64,000 nucleotides of DNA, from contig JANLHM010000005.1 in the NCBI GenBank assembly GCA_024654565.1, positions 9,239 to 73,238 on the forward strand, in the 5' to 3' direction. Under the pieces are notes generated by a model. That model did no database searches, had not been told where the DNA came from, and saw only the letters and a list, made by a program, of their open reading frames with translations. Shown piece after piece: positions 27,024-36,041 of the stretch (positions are counted from its first letter, which is position 1; every line of letters begins with the position of its first letter). The stretch is from Nanobdellota archaeon (GTDB lineage: Archaea; Nanobdellota; Nanobdellia; Pacearchaeales; GW2011-AR1). A program made the translations under genes and the position numbers.

Positions 27024-27803
27024 ATGATGAAAGGGGTTGAAAGAAAAAAGGGACAAGTAACAATATTTGTTATAATTGCTCTCGTTATAATTGTTTTTGG
27101 GACCCTTATGTACTTTTTTTATCCAGGAATAAACTCATCAGAGTCAGGAATTGATGAAAATCCAAGGGCTTATATGCAAAATTGCGTTGAAGACCTCCTT
27201 CAAGAAAAAATTGATTTAATAAGCTCTCAAGGTGGAAGTATTGAACCTGATTCAAGTTATACTTACGACGGAGAACCTATTGAATACCTTTGTTACACAA
27301 GTAGACTTTCTGACCCTTGTACTGTGCAAAGAGCCTTTTTGGTAAGTCACATTGAGAGCGAAATAAAAGAAAGTACAGAAGACAAAGTTAATGAATGTTT
27401 TACAAAGATGGAAAGTGATTACCGAGCTAGGGGATATACTCTAACTCTTAACAGAGGAAACCTTCGAGCAACTCTTGCTCCAGGAAGGGCTATTCTTTTT
27501 AGTGATTCAAGACTTACTTTAACAAAAGACTCAACTCAAAATTATGAAAGTTTTGATATAGTTGTGAACAATAATCTTTTTGAACTCGCTTCACTTGCGA
27601 GAACGGTGATAGATTGGGAAAGTACCTATGGAATTGCTGACCCTTTTTACTTTATGACTTGGTACAAAGACAAATTCAACATAAAGAAAGTTTCACCTGA
27701 TGGGGGGAAAACAGCGATATGGACAATAGAAGACACAAATTCAGGGGACACTTTCAGATTTGCTGTAACTGAAAGCGAAATTTCTCTCGGAATAGGAATA
27801 TAA
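27024..27803 (+). CDS. pilin-like protein (class III signal peptide-like N-terminus), paralog of the 5107..6951 head region
   Basis: 259 aa. MMKGVERKKGQVTIFVIIALVIIVFG.. and the shared block ..NCVEDLLQEKIDLISSQGGSIEP... Confidence 0.7.
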   Translation: MMKGVERKKGQVTIFVIIALVIIVFGTLMYFFYPGINSSESGIDENPRAYMQNCVEDLLQEKIDLISSQGGSIEPDSSYTYDGEPIEYLCYTSRLSDPCTVQRAFLVSHIESEIKESTEDKVNECFTKMESDYRARGYTLTLNRGNLRATLAPGRAILFSDSRLTLTKDSTQNYESFDIVVNNNLFELASLARTVIDWESTYGIADPFYFMTWYKDKFNIKKVSPDGGKTAIWTIEDTNSGDTFRFAVTESEISLGIGI

Positions 27804-27804
27804 G

Positions 27805-29595
27805 ATGAAAAAGAGTGTGACAAAGACAAGACTTTTAGGAATTCTTTTAGCTTTTGCTTTTATTTTAATTACATTAAACTTTGTTTCTGCAGAAAACAAT
27901 GTTTGTTGTGAAAGAATCAAAACTAATTCTGACGGAAGTGGAGGCCAATGGTGTCAAATGGCTCCAGTTGAAGCTTGTGACACTTCAGATGGTTTACGAA
28001 CTGCTCCAACTTCATGTCAATCGACCGAGTTTTGTTCAGTAGGAACTTGTGTAGACATTCAAAAGGGACTTTGTGAAAGTGGAGTTTCAAGTGTAGTTTG
28101 TGGAGAGAGTGGAGGATTTTTTGATGAAAGAAGTCCTTCTGAAATCCCAAGTTGTAAATTAGGTTGTTGTGTCCTTGGACAAAATGGAGCAAACCTTGCA
28201 ACTGAAGTAAGATGTAGTGAAATGTCTTCACTTTATGGAGTGAACATTAACTTTAACCCTGGGATCACTTCTGAACTTCTCTGCCTTGCAACTGCAGGTG
28301 GAGCTGAAAAAGGGGCATGTGTATATGAAACTGAAACAGTAAGAACTTGTTCAATGCTCTCAAGGTCTGAATGTAACGACCTTCAGGGAAACATTTCAAC
28401 AGCAAACATCCCTGAATTTTATGAAGGATATTTATGTTCAAGTGCTGAGCTTCAAGGGGTTGATTGTGGGCCAAGTGAGGAAACAACATGTATTATAGGA
28501 GAAGATGAAATTTATTTTGTTGACACTTGCGGAAACACCGCTAACATTTATGATTCAAGTCGTCAGAGTGACCCATTATATTGGTCAAAAATAATTCAAA
28601 AAGAAGATTCTTGTGGGGCTGGAAACAGTAACGCTAATTCAGCTTCATGTGGAAATTGTAATTTTTATTCAGGAAGTACATGTAAAGAATATGTAAGGGG
28701 AGAAACTGCTCAACCAGCATATGGAGACTTTATATGTAAAGACCTTGGATGTAAATACGAAGAAGTTAGTTACCAACATGGAGAACAATGGTGTGGTGAA
28801 GCACCAGGAACCCCTAAGTTAACTGACCCCACTCAAACGGGGAATTATGTTTTTAATGGAAATTCTGATGCACAAGACACTAAAAAAGAAAACCTTCCTG
28901 GTTCAGTGTTCACAAAGCTCACATGCTTTAATGGAGAAATAACTGTTGACAATTGTTATGACGGTAGACAAAAAGTTTGTATTGAAGACGAAATAAACGG
29001 ATTCAAAAATGCGGCGTGTATGCCTAATTCGTGGCAGGAATGTTATGGTATAACCAATGAAGGAGATTGTATGGACAGGAATGCAAGAAAGTGTAATTGG
29101 TTACCTGAAGCTTATCCTTTCCCAACTGCCAGTTCATCTGAAGTTCCAAAGACGAGCCCAAATGATATATTTGCGGACTATTGGAGTGGTAGTGGAAGCC
29201 AGTATATACTTGCTGGAGCTTGCGTTCCACTTAATGCCCCTGGTTTTGACTTTTGGAAAGGAGAAGGAAACGGGGAAGCAATAAGTTCTCTTGGGACGAT
29301 AGTTTGCGAATATGACATCAGATGGAGTGTAGCTAACGGATATTACTTTGAAGAAGGTAAAGGACGAGAGTGTTTAACCAGTGCTGAAGAAGGGGGCGAC
29401 GGAGGACGTAAAATAAGAAATGACTGGCTTGACATAAACCTTGCAAGATGTCTTCAAATAGGGGACTCAGGACCAAAGTTAAATTACTTAGGATACCCTG
29501 GTGAGTCTCAGATTATCGCAGAGAAAATTTTGGCAGGGGGCGTTAAGGGGCAACAAATCGCTTATGACGGAAAAACAATGACTGGTCGTACATAA
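27805..29595 (+). CDS. Cys-rich secreted protein
   Basis: 596 aa. Sec signal (..LNFVSAENN). 39 Cys by my count. No recognised domain. Starts 2 nt after the upstream stop. Confidence 0.75.
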   Translation: MKKSVTKTRLLGILLAFAFILITLNFVSAENNVCCERIKTNSDGSGGQWCQMAPVEACDTSDGLRTAPTSCQSTEFCSVGTCVDIQKGLCESGVSSVVCGESGGFFDERSPSEIPSCKLGCCVLGQNGANLATEVRCSEMSSLYGVNINFNPGITSELLCLATAGGAEKGACVYETETVRTCSMLSRSECNDLQGNISTANIPEFYEGYLCSSAELQGVDCGPSEETTCIIGEDEIYFVDTCGNTANIYDSSRQSDPLYWSKIIQKEDSCGAGNSNANSASCGNCNFYSGSTCKEYVRGETAQPAYGDFICKDLGCKYEEVSYQHGEQWCGEAPGTPKLTDPTQTGNYVFNGNSDAQDTKKENLPGSVFTKLTCFNGEITVDNCYDGRQKVCIEDEINGFKNAACMPNSWQECYGITNEGDCMDRNARKCNWLPEAYPFPTASSSEVPKTSPNDIFADYWSGSGSQYILAGACVPLNAPGFDFWKGEGNGEAISSLGTIVCEYDIRWSVANGYYFEEGKGRECLTSAEEGGDGGRKIRNDWLDINLARCLQIGDSGPKLNYLGYPGESQIIAEKILAGGVKGQQIAYDGKTMTGRT

Positions 29596-29611
29596 AAAAA
29601 ATTAAAGAAAA

Positions 29612-31855
29612 ATGAACAAATTGTATAAAGAAGAAAAAGGAAGGGAATCGATTGCACTTAGTCAGATATTTATTTTGTTAATTGGAGTTTTCGCTTTTGT
29701 TTGGATGATTGGTGGAATTCCGGGGGTAAGTGCTGAGGAGGGGGAGTTTATCGGAACAGCTTGTAATGATGGCAACGGAAATACCGGGACATGTCAAACA
29801 GTTGATCCAAATACTGCCTGTTCGGGTGGAACATTTGTTTCTGGAAAATGTCCTGGAAGTTCGAATATTCAATGTTGTATTCCGAAAAAACCTGCTAATA
29901 ATAATCAAAATACAGGGGACGACTTTGAATTTAATAGACAAATGATGAAATTTTTATTTGAGATGGGTGAAAATGCCGTTAGTCCTAAACTGGGAATGGG
30001 AAATTCTAATGTCCCAATAAACAATCCTGACTTGGCTAAAGATTTGAAAAATAAAACAGAAGAATTTAATGGAACAGGTCTTAACTTCTTGGGGGGATTT
30101 GGAAACCTTGGAGGAGCAGTAGTGAATAGTCTTGGAGCAATTGGTGCTTCATATGGAGCAAACAGATTATTTTCATATATTGCTGATGAAATTGATGCGA
30201 ATGGTCCTTGGACTATAGGGCTTGAGGCATTGGGAGCAGGTACTGGAGCATTTGCTTTCTTATATTTTGTGGCATCGGTTAATCCTATTTTAGCATTGGT
30301 TGCTGCAGGAGTTGCAATTCTTTTGGCCATACTTTTTGGAGAAACAGTTGAAGAACAAGGAGTTGCCGTATTTTATTGTCTTCCATGGGATGCTCAAACA
30401 GGTGGACAATATTGTGATTTGTGTAACAATCAAGAAGTTCCGTGTTCAGAATATCAATGTAAAAGTTTGGGGCAAGCTTGTGAATTTGAACCAAGTTCAG
30501 AAGAAAGAGAAGGTGGACCTTCTTGTTTCTTTAATAACACTAATGACATTGATCCCCCAGTAATCATGCCTAATTCGGATGTTTTAACTGTTGATTACGT
30601 TTATGAAGACCCAGCTTCAGTTTCTTATCCTGACAGAGGAACAAAAATAATTAATACAGAAGAAAGTGACGGATGTTTAACCCCCTTCAGTCGAGTTACG
30701 TTTGGAGTTAAACTTAATGAACTTGCAAAATGTAAAATAAGTTTTGACAGAAGAGGTTCATACAATGAGATGTCAAACTACTTTGGAAGAGCAGGACGTG
30801 ATTACAACCACACTCAAACATTATTAATTCCTGAACTTGATACTTCTCTAGGTCAAGACAATCAGATTTTTGCTTATGTAAGGTGTCAAGACGCTAACGG
30901 GAACTCTAACCCTGCAAATTATGTATTCCAAATGTGTGTTCAGGAAGGTCCTGATTTAAAAGCCCCAGAAATTTATGGAACAAGTATAAAAAATGACTCA
31001 AAAGTTGCATTCAGTGTAATGAGTGCTCCTGTTGACTTCTATATAAATGAACCTGCAAACTGTAAATGGTCTTTTACCCCTGGAAGGCCTTATGGCACAA
31101 TGGAAAACAATATGTCTTGTTCAACTGACCCAACACAAATTAATTTGAGACTAAGTTACACATGTTCATCAAATTTGACAGGACTAAGACAAGACGAAAA
31201 AACAAATTATTATGTCAAGTGTCAAGACGTTTCTGAAAGATTAAACACGAATGTTCAAGATTATGTTTATACTCTTTCAAGTTCAAGAGCACTTTCAATA
31301 ACATCTGCCTCTCCAAATAACACTGTAATAAAAGACTCAACAAACCCTGCAAGAATAACTCTAAGAGCAACAACTTTCGGAGGAACTTATGACGGAAGTG
31401 CATTGTGTTACTACAGTAACACTGGTTATGAAGGTAGTTACATAGTGTTTGACAACTCCTCTTCAACTTCTCATTCAACAGACATATACCTTAATTCTGG
31501 AAATTACAATTACTCAATAAAGTGCCATGACTTTGGAGGAAATGCTGAAACAGTTAAGATACAATTTGATGTAGAAATTGATTCAGTTGCCCCCCTTATT
31601 TCAAGAGCATATTACGATGAAGGAAATATGAAAATAATTACTAACGAAAAAGCAGAGTGTCAGTTTTCAACAAGCAGTTGTGAGTATGTTTTTGGAGATG
31701 GGGTCGCATTTAATTCAGTTGATGGATTTAATCACAAGATTGGTTGGCAAACAGAGTCAACTCTTTACATAAAGTGTCAAGACATTTATGGAAATCAACC
31801 AGCTTCTGCAAGTGAATGTAGTATGACGGCTAGAGGGTATAACTATCAAATTTAA
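29612..31855 (+). CDS. membrane-associated Cys-rich surface protein with four tandem ~100-aa repeats
   Basis: 747 aa. N-terminal hydrophobic helix, 6-Cys module (CNDGNGNTGTCQTVDPNTACSGGTFVSGKCPGSSNIQCC), Gly-rich hydrophobic segment (residues ~155-245), then four repeats ending Y[VI][KR]C[QH]D..GN. Confidence 0.75.
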   Translation: MNKLYKEEKGRESIALSQIFILLIGVFAFVWMIGGIPGVSAEEGEFIGTACNDGNGNTGTCQTVDPNTACSGGTFVSGKCPGSSNIQCCIPKKPANNNQNTGDDFEFNRQMMKFLFEMGENAVSPKLGMGNSNVPINNPDLAKDLKNKTEEFNGTGLNFLGGFGNLGGAVVNSLGAIGASYGANRLFSYIADEIDANGPWTIGLEALGAGTGAFAFLYFVASVNPILALVAAGVAILLAILFGETVEEQGVAVFYCLPWDAQTGGQYCDLCNNQEVPCSEYQCKSLGQACEFEPSSEEREGGPSCFFNNTNDIDPPVIMPNSDVLTVDYVYEDPASVSYPDRGTKIINTEESDGCLTPFSRVTFGVKLNELAKCKISFDRRGSYNEMSNYFGRAGRDYNHTQTLLIPELDTSLGQDNQIFAYVRCQDANGNSNPANYVFQMCVQEGPDLKAPEIYGTSIKNDSKVAFSVMSAPVDFYINEPANCKWSFTPGRPYGTMENNMSCSTDPTQINLRLSYTCSSNLTGLRQDEKTNYYVKCQDVSERLNTNVQDYVYTLSSSRALSITSASPNNTVIKDSTNPARITLRATTFGGTYDGSALCYYSNTGYEGSYIVFDNSSSTSHSTDIYLNSGNYNYSIKCHDFGGNAETVKIQFDVEIDSVAPLISRAYYDEGNMKIITNEKAECQFSTSSCEYVFGDGVAFNSVDGFNHKIGWQTESTLYIKCQDIYGNQPASASECSMTARGYNYQI

Positions 31856-31943
31856 GGAATAAATTTTATTCAATAAACTTTTCTGTTTTTAATTTTTTGA
31901 ATTTGACCCCCATACTTATAAAGTTATACTCATTTAGAAAAAG

Positions 31944-32202
31944 ATGTTTGAAATATCCACCTATAACAAAAAAATAAAGAAAGAACTTGAAAAATATATT
32001 TCAATAAGACTTGGAATAAGTAAAAAACTTAACAAACTTAAAGAAAATCCAAGAAAAGAATCTGGTGCACATCCTCTTCACGGAAGGTTAACTGGAAAAA
32101 TAGTCCTGTTGGCTCGGCTCGAATATAAGGCTAATTTATAAAATATTAGATTCAGAAAAATTAATTATAGTGGAAGCTGTTGGTTCCCACAAAATTTACT
32201 AA
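31944..32202 (+). pseudogene. RelE/ParE-superfamily toxin gene interrupted by a frameshift
   Basis: Frame 0 gives ..AHPLHGRLTGKIV.. and stops at 32141. The +1 frame from 32104 gives ..CWLGSNIRLIYKILDSEKLIIVEAVGSHKIY*, the canonical RelE C-terminus. The frame switch lies between 32104 and 32110. Confidence 0.55.
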
Positions 32203-32215
32203 AATAGTTTTTAAG

Positions 32216-32389
32216 TTAAATATTTACCTTAATTAATTTTGAACCCATTCTTTCAAGAGTCTCACTTTCATTAATTTGTTCCATTAACCCTTTACTTTGT
32301 AGAATCTCAATTGTTGACTTTATTCCTTCTATTTGTCTCATAAAGTCGCTCAATTCTTCATAGGTGATATTTAATTCTTTTTTATTCAT
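32216..32389 (-). CDS. small antitoxin-like protein (57 aa, below track cutoff)
   Basis: Hand translation gives MNKKELNITYEELSDFMRQIEGIKSTIEILQSKGLMEQINESETLERMGSKLIKVNI. The ..TIEIL.S..LM..I.. segment resembles Phd/YefM-type antitoxin C-terminal regions. Convergent with the RelE pseudogene. Confidence 0.35.
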   Translation of the reverse strand: MNKKELNITYEELSDFMRQIEGIKSTIEILQSKGLMEQINESETLERMGSKLIKVNI

Positions 32390-32509
32390 ATTTAAAAAAC
32401 ATTAAATGAGTTTATAAAACTTTTTAGAATTGCCTCAAATTTACTTGTTTAAATGTCTCAAATTTAATTTTTCGCGAACCTTTAAAAATTACAGTAACAT
32501 AGTTTATGT

Positions 32510-32923
32510 ATGAGTAAAAAAGGGGAGATTAAACTTTCATTTGGAATGATTTTTTCAATAATTTTGATAATTGTTTTTTTAGGGTTCGCATTTTTTGCAA
32601 TACAAAAGTTTTTAGGGCTTCAAAAGGAGGTCACAACTCAAAAGTTTTATGAATCTCTTCAAAGTGATGTAAACAGTGTTTGGTCAAGTACTGAAGCCTC
32701 GACAAGAGTGGAATATATTGTTCCGGGAGACATAAAACAAGTTTGTTTTAAAGGCTCATCTAGTGAAAACGTTTATTTTTACACGGACCGGCCAAAACCA
32801 GGTAAACACATAGAACACTTAGACCTTCCCGAAGACTCATTTTGTTTTCCAGTGAGCAAAGGAAAAGCAAAGTTCACTTTAGAAAAAAATTATGGGGAGA
32901 ACCTTGTAAGGGTGAAGGAGTAA
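32510..32923 (+). CDS. pilin-like protein (class III signal peptide-like N-terminus)
   Basis: 137 aa. MSKKGEIKLSFGMIFSIILIIVFLGFAFFAIQ.. Confidence 0.6.
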   Translation: MSKKGEIKLSFGMIFSIILIIVFLGFAFFAIQKFLGLQKEVTTQKFYESLQSDVNSVWSSTEASTRVEYIVPGDIKQVCFKGSSSENVYFYTDRPKPGKHIEHLDLPEDSFCFPVSKGKAKFTLEKNYGENLVRVKE

Positions 32924-32940
32924 GATGAAAAAAAAGATTT

Positions 32941-33120
32941 TTACGGTTTTTTGATTTGCCCATTAATTAAAACGTTTTGTTGAACACTCCAACTGTTGTC
33001 TTTATTTCTTTTCATATAATCAGTCCAGTAATCTATAAATTTTAGCCTCTCTTCAAAATTCCTTTCTTTTTCTTTTTCAAGCTCTTTTAAGTTTACATTA
33101 ATTTCTTTTATTTTTCCCAT
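32941..33120 (-). CDS. small hypothetical protein (59 aa, below track cutoff)
   Basis: Hand translation gives MGKIKEINVNLKELEKEKERNFEERLKFIDYWTDYMKRNKDNSWSVQQNVLINGQIKKP. Its start overlaps the end of the nucleotidyltransferase gene by 13 nt. Confidence 0.3.
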   Translation of the reverse strand: MGKIKEINVNLKELEKEKERNFEERLKFIDYWTDYMKRNKDNSWSVQQNVLINGQIKKP

Positions 33121-33701
33121 TTTTCTAAAAACCTCATTTTTTTGCTAACATTTAGCTTATTTAATGAATCAATCAACTCCTCTTTATTAATTTTTTCTTT
33201 GAAAAGGTTATACAAATGCCTTGCGTCTTCAATATCTTTTTGGGATCCAAGAAAAAGCTTGTAGGCAATTTGAAGTTCAAGTGGAGATATAAAAAAAATT
33301 TCAGAACCAATCAAAACCTTTATTTTATGAAGATAAGAAAATCGATCCAATTCATTTTTTATAAATTTTAATTCAATATTAGGGATGGGATTTTTATTTT
33401 TTGCAAACCTTATTGCATGCTCCCCAAGCATATCAAATGCCTCTTCATATTTAGAAGTATTAATGCACCAAAAACCATTTTTTTGTAGGTTTTCCCACAA
33501 GTTTAGAAAATTGACTTTGTCCAATTTAGGAATTAAAAGGTCAACATCTTCTGTTGCACGAGATCTTCCCATAAGAATTGACACATAACCTGAAACAATA
33601 ACATATTCCTTTAAGGAGGAAATAAAATCTAAAACAAACTTATCAAGATTATTCAAAGTTTTCTCAATTTTTATTTCCCCTTTTTTTGAGTTGTAATCCA
33701 T
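33108..33701 (-). CDS. Pol-beta-superfamily nucleotidyltransferase-fold protein
   Basis: 197 aa. VSGYVSILMGRSRATEDVDLLI fits the hG[GS]x9-13Dh[DE]h minimal NTase motif. Confidence 0.5.
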   Translation of the reverse strand: MDYNSKKGEIKIEKTLNNLDKFVLDFISSLKEYVIVSGYVSILMGRSRATEDVDLLIPKLDKVNFLNLWENLQKNGFWCINTSKYEEAFDMLGEHAIRFAKNKNPIPNIELKFIKNELDRFSYLHKIKVLIGSEIFFISPLELQIAYKLFLGSQKDIEDARHLYNLFKEKINKEELIDSLNKLNVSKKMRFLEKWEK

Positions 33702-33803
33702 AAATGTAAAAAGACTTACTTGATTTAAACTTTACTCTTAACCCAATTATAGATACAAATGTCTTCTCACAAAATTTAAAAGTTAAGAAACTGTTATTTA
33801 AAC

Positions 33804-34736
33804 ATGATTAAAAAAGGGGGATTTCTTGACATTTCATTTTCATGGATTTTTGCTTTTCTAGTTGGGGCAATTATTCTTTTTGTGGCAATTTATTTTGTGA
33901 CTCAATTCGGGGAAGGGAAAACAAATCAAAGTTCAGCTGAATCTGGTACAAAACTCCTTAATTTATTACTCCCACTTGAAACAGGAGTTGAATCGGGAAA
34001 GTCAGTAAGTATAACTTTTCCTGTAAAAACTCGAATAAACCACTTCTGTCAAGTTTCAGGAACTTTTGGAAAAGAAAGTATATCTATTCAAGAATTTATA
34101 AGAAATAAATGGACTCTTTCAGGTGTGAACATTTCTTCTGAAGGGGAATACCTCTTTTTTCCAAAAACAATTGAAGGAAAAGAGTTTTTTGCTTTTTCAA
34201 TGTCATACGAATCTCCATTCAAAATTGCAAACCTCATTTACATTACTGATGCAGATAAATTCTATTGCTTTTCAGGGGCTCCTTTGAATATTGAAGAAGA
34301 ACTTCAAAACTTTAACAATGAAAAATTTAAGTTTGACAGTTGCTCGGGAGAAAATGAATGGATTCAAGTTTGTTTTAGCGGGGGAAGCAATTGCGACATT
34401 GAAGTAAACGTTAACAGGAAAGAAGTAAAGAAAGACGACAAAATATATTATTTTGAAGGAAATTCACTTATGTACGCTGCAATTTTTTCGGATAAAGAAG
34501 TTTATGAGTGTGAAATTCAAAGACTTATGAAAAGAGGGGTTAAACTCTCAGAAATTTATCAAGAGAAGTCTTTGAATTTAAGAAGTGTAGGGTGTGAATC
34601 TGACCTCGCTTCTGAATTTGCAGGGTTACAAAATACATTTTCATCGGTCAGGGATTCAGAAGACTTAACAAGTTTAGCTAGTGTTTCAAATGAAATGAAC
34701 AACGTAAACAGATTTTCGAGGTGTACACTGTGGTAA
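33804..34736 (+). CDS. pilin-like protein (class III signal peptide-like N-terminus)
   Basis: 310 aa. MIKKGGFLDISFSWIFAFLVGAIILFVAIYF... Ten Cys in the extracellular part. Confidence 0.65.
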   Translation: MIKKGGFLDISFSWIFAFLVGAIILFVAIYFVTQFGEGKTNQSSAESGTKLLNLLLPLETGVESGKSVSITFPVKTRINHFCQVSGTFGKESISIQEFIRNKWTLSGVNISSEGEYLFFPKTIEGKEFFAFSMSYESPFKIANLIYITDADKFYCFSGAPLNIEEELQNFNNEKFKFDSCSGENEWIQVCFSGGSNCDIEVNVNRKEVKKDDKIYYFEGNSLMYAAIFSDKEVYECEIQRLMKRGVKLSEIYQEKSLNLRSVGCESDLASEFAGLQNTFSSVRDSEDLTSLASVSNEMNNVNRFSRCTLW

Positions 34737-35245
34737 GTAAAAAAGCCCAGGTGAAGGTTCAACAGATGGCTTTTATGATAATTGCTTTAACCCTCTTTTT
34801 TGCGCTTGTCGGATTATTTGCCTTGTCTTTTGCGTTTTCAGGAATTAAAGAATCTAAAGCCCTCCTTGATGAAGAAGAGGCAACACTATTAGTCGGGAAA
34901 CTTTCAAATGCCCCTGAACTTTCATGTGGGAATGCCTTTCAGGAAAGTAGATCAAACTGTATTGACATGGATAAAGCCGTCATCTTAAAGGAAAGAATAA
35001 ACGACTACAAAAACTTCTGGGGAGTTGAAGGGATAACCGTTCTTGTTCTTTCGTCAAGTTTAACTAATGAATGCACCATAAACAATTACCCCGAATGTGG
35101 AAGACTTACAGTGTTGTCAAGTGGAAACTTAGGAATTGACAAATCTGACTTTGTTTCTCTATGCCGAAAAGAAAAAAAGGGGGAAACATTTTATGACAAG
35201 TGTGAACTGGGGGAACTGATAGTAAGAATTTCAAATGAACAATAA
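34721..35245 (+). CDS. pilin-like protein (start codon uncertain)
   Basis: Track ORF starts at GTG 34721. ..VSKKAQVKVQQMAFMIIALTLFFALVGLFALSF.. Overlaps the upstream stop. Confidence 0.55.
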   Translation: MYTVVSKKAQVKVQQMAFMIIALTLFFALVGLFALSFAFSGIKESKALLDEEEATLLVGKLSNAPELSCGNAFQESRSNCIDMDKAVILKERINDYKNFWGVEGITVLVLSSSLTNECTINNYPECGRLTVLSSGNLGIDKSDFVSLCRKEKKGETFYDKCELGELIVRISNEQ

Positions 35246-35705
35246 AAAAGCTCAGTCTGAAATGGTAGGGTTTGCAATAATTGTGATAATTGTTGCAGTT
35301 TTGATACTTGTCTTTATTTCCCTTTCATTGAACAAAAATTCAAATGAATTTCTTGACAGCTCAAAAACAGATTCATTTATCCAAGCAACACTTCAATTTA
35401 CTACTAATTGCGAGATAAATGGAAACAATTTGTCTTACCTTAAATTGATTGGTTCTTGTGAAGAAGAAAGAACTTGCGACAACGGGATTAACTCTTGCCA
35501 GGTTTTGAATTTGACTTCAGTTAGTCTTGTTGAAAATGGTTGGAGAGTTGGAGAGGATTTACCTGTAAAAGGATACAAATTTGAAGTAAAGTCTGAGGGA
35601 ATAAACCTTGTTGAACTTTTTAGAGGAAATGAAACAGGGAGCACAAAGGGTTCAAGACAGACTTTTAGTGGAGGAGTTGAAATTTCTTTAGTCACTTATT
35701 ACTAA
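35235..35705 (+). CDS. pilin-like protein (class III signal peptide-like N-terminus)
   Basis: 156 aa. MNNKKAQSEMVGFAIIVIIVAVLILVFISL.. Overlaps the upstream gene by 11 nt. Confidence 0.6.
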   Translation: MNNKKAQSEMVGFAIIVIIVAVLILVFISLSLNKNSNEFLDSSKTDSFIQATLQFTTNCEINGNNLSYLKLIGSCEEERTCDNGINSCQVLNLTSVSLVENGWRVGEDLPVKGYKFEVKSEGINLVELFRGNETGSTKGSRQTFSGGVEISLVTYY

Positions 35706-35708
35706 AAT

Positions 35709-36041
35709 TTATTTACTAAAAATTAATCCAATTTTCTCTAAAACGTTATTCTTTGTTTTGGGACTTTTTATTTCACCTATTTTTCCATATATTAAGCTCT
35801 TGTGCAAAGTGAAAACCATGTCTGTATAAATGAAAGAATTGAAACGAATATCACCCTTGCAATCTTCCCGTAAAAGTGAGACTTCATATTTTGTTAAAAC
35901 TCTACGCTTAGTTGTTATTTGACAGAGAATTGAATTTTCTCCTTCCAGAGAACAAAGCACTAATGCTGGTCTTTTCTTTAACTTTTTTAAATCACTAAAT
36001 GGGAAATCCACAAGAACTATATCAAACTTATTTAACTTCAT
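35709..36041 (-). CDS. PemK/MazF-family toxin
   Basis: 110 aa. ..FDIVLVDFPFSDLKKLKKRPALVL.. is the typical MazF N-terminal pattern. Confidence 0.8.
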   Translation of the reverse strand: MKLNKFDIVLVDFPFSDLKKLKKRPALVLCSLEGENSILCQITTKRRVLTKYEVSLLREDCKGDIRFNSFIYTDMVFTLHKSLIYGKIGEIKSPKTKNNVLEKIGLIFSK

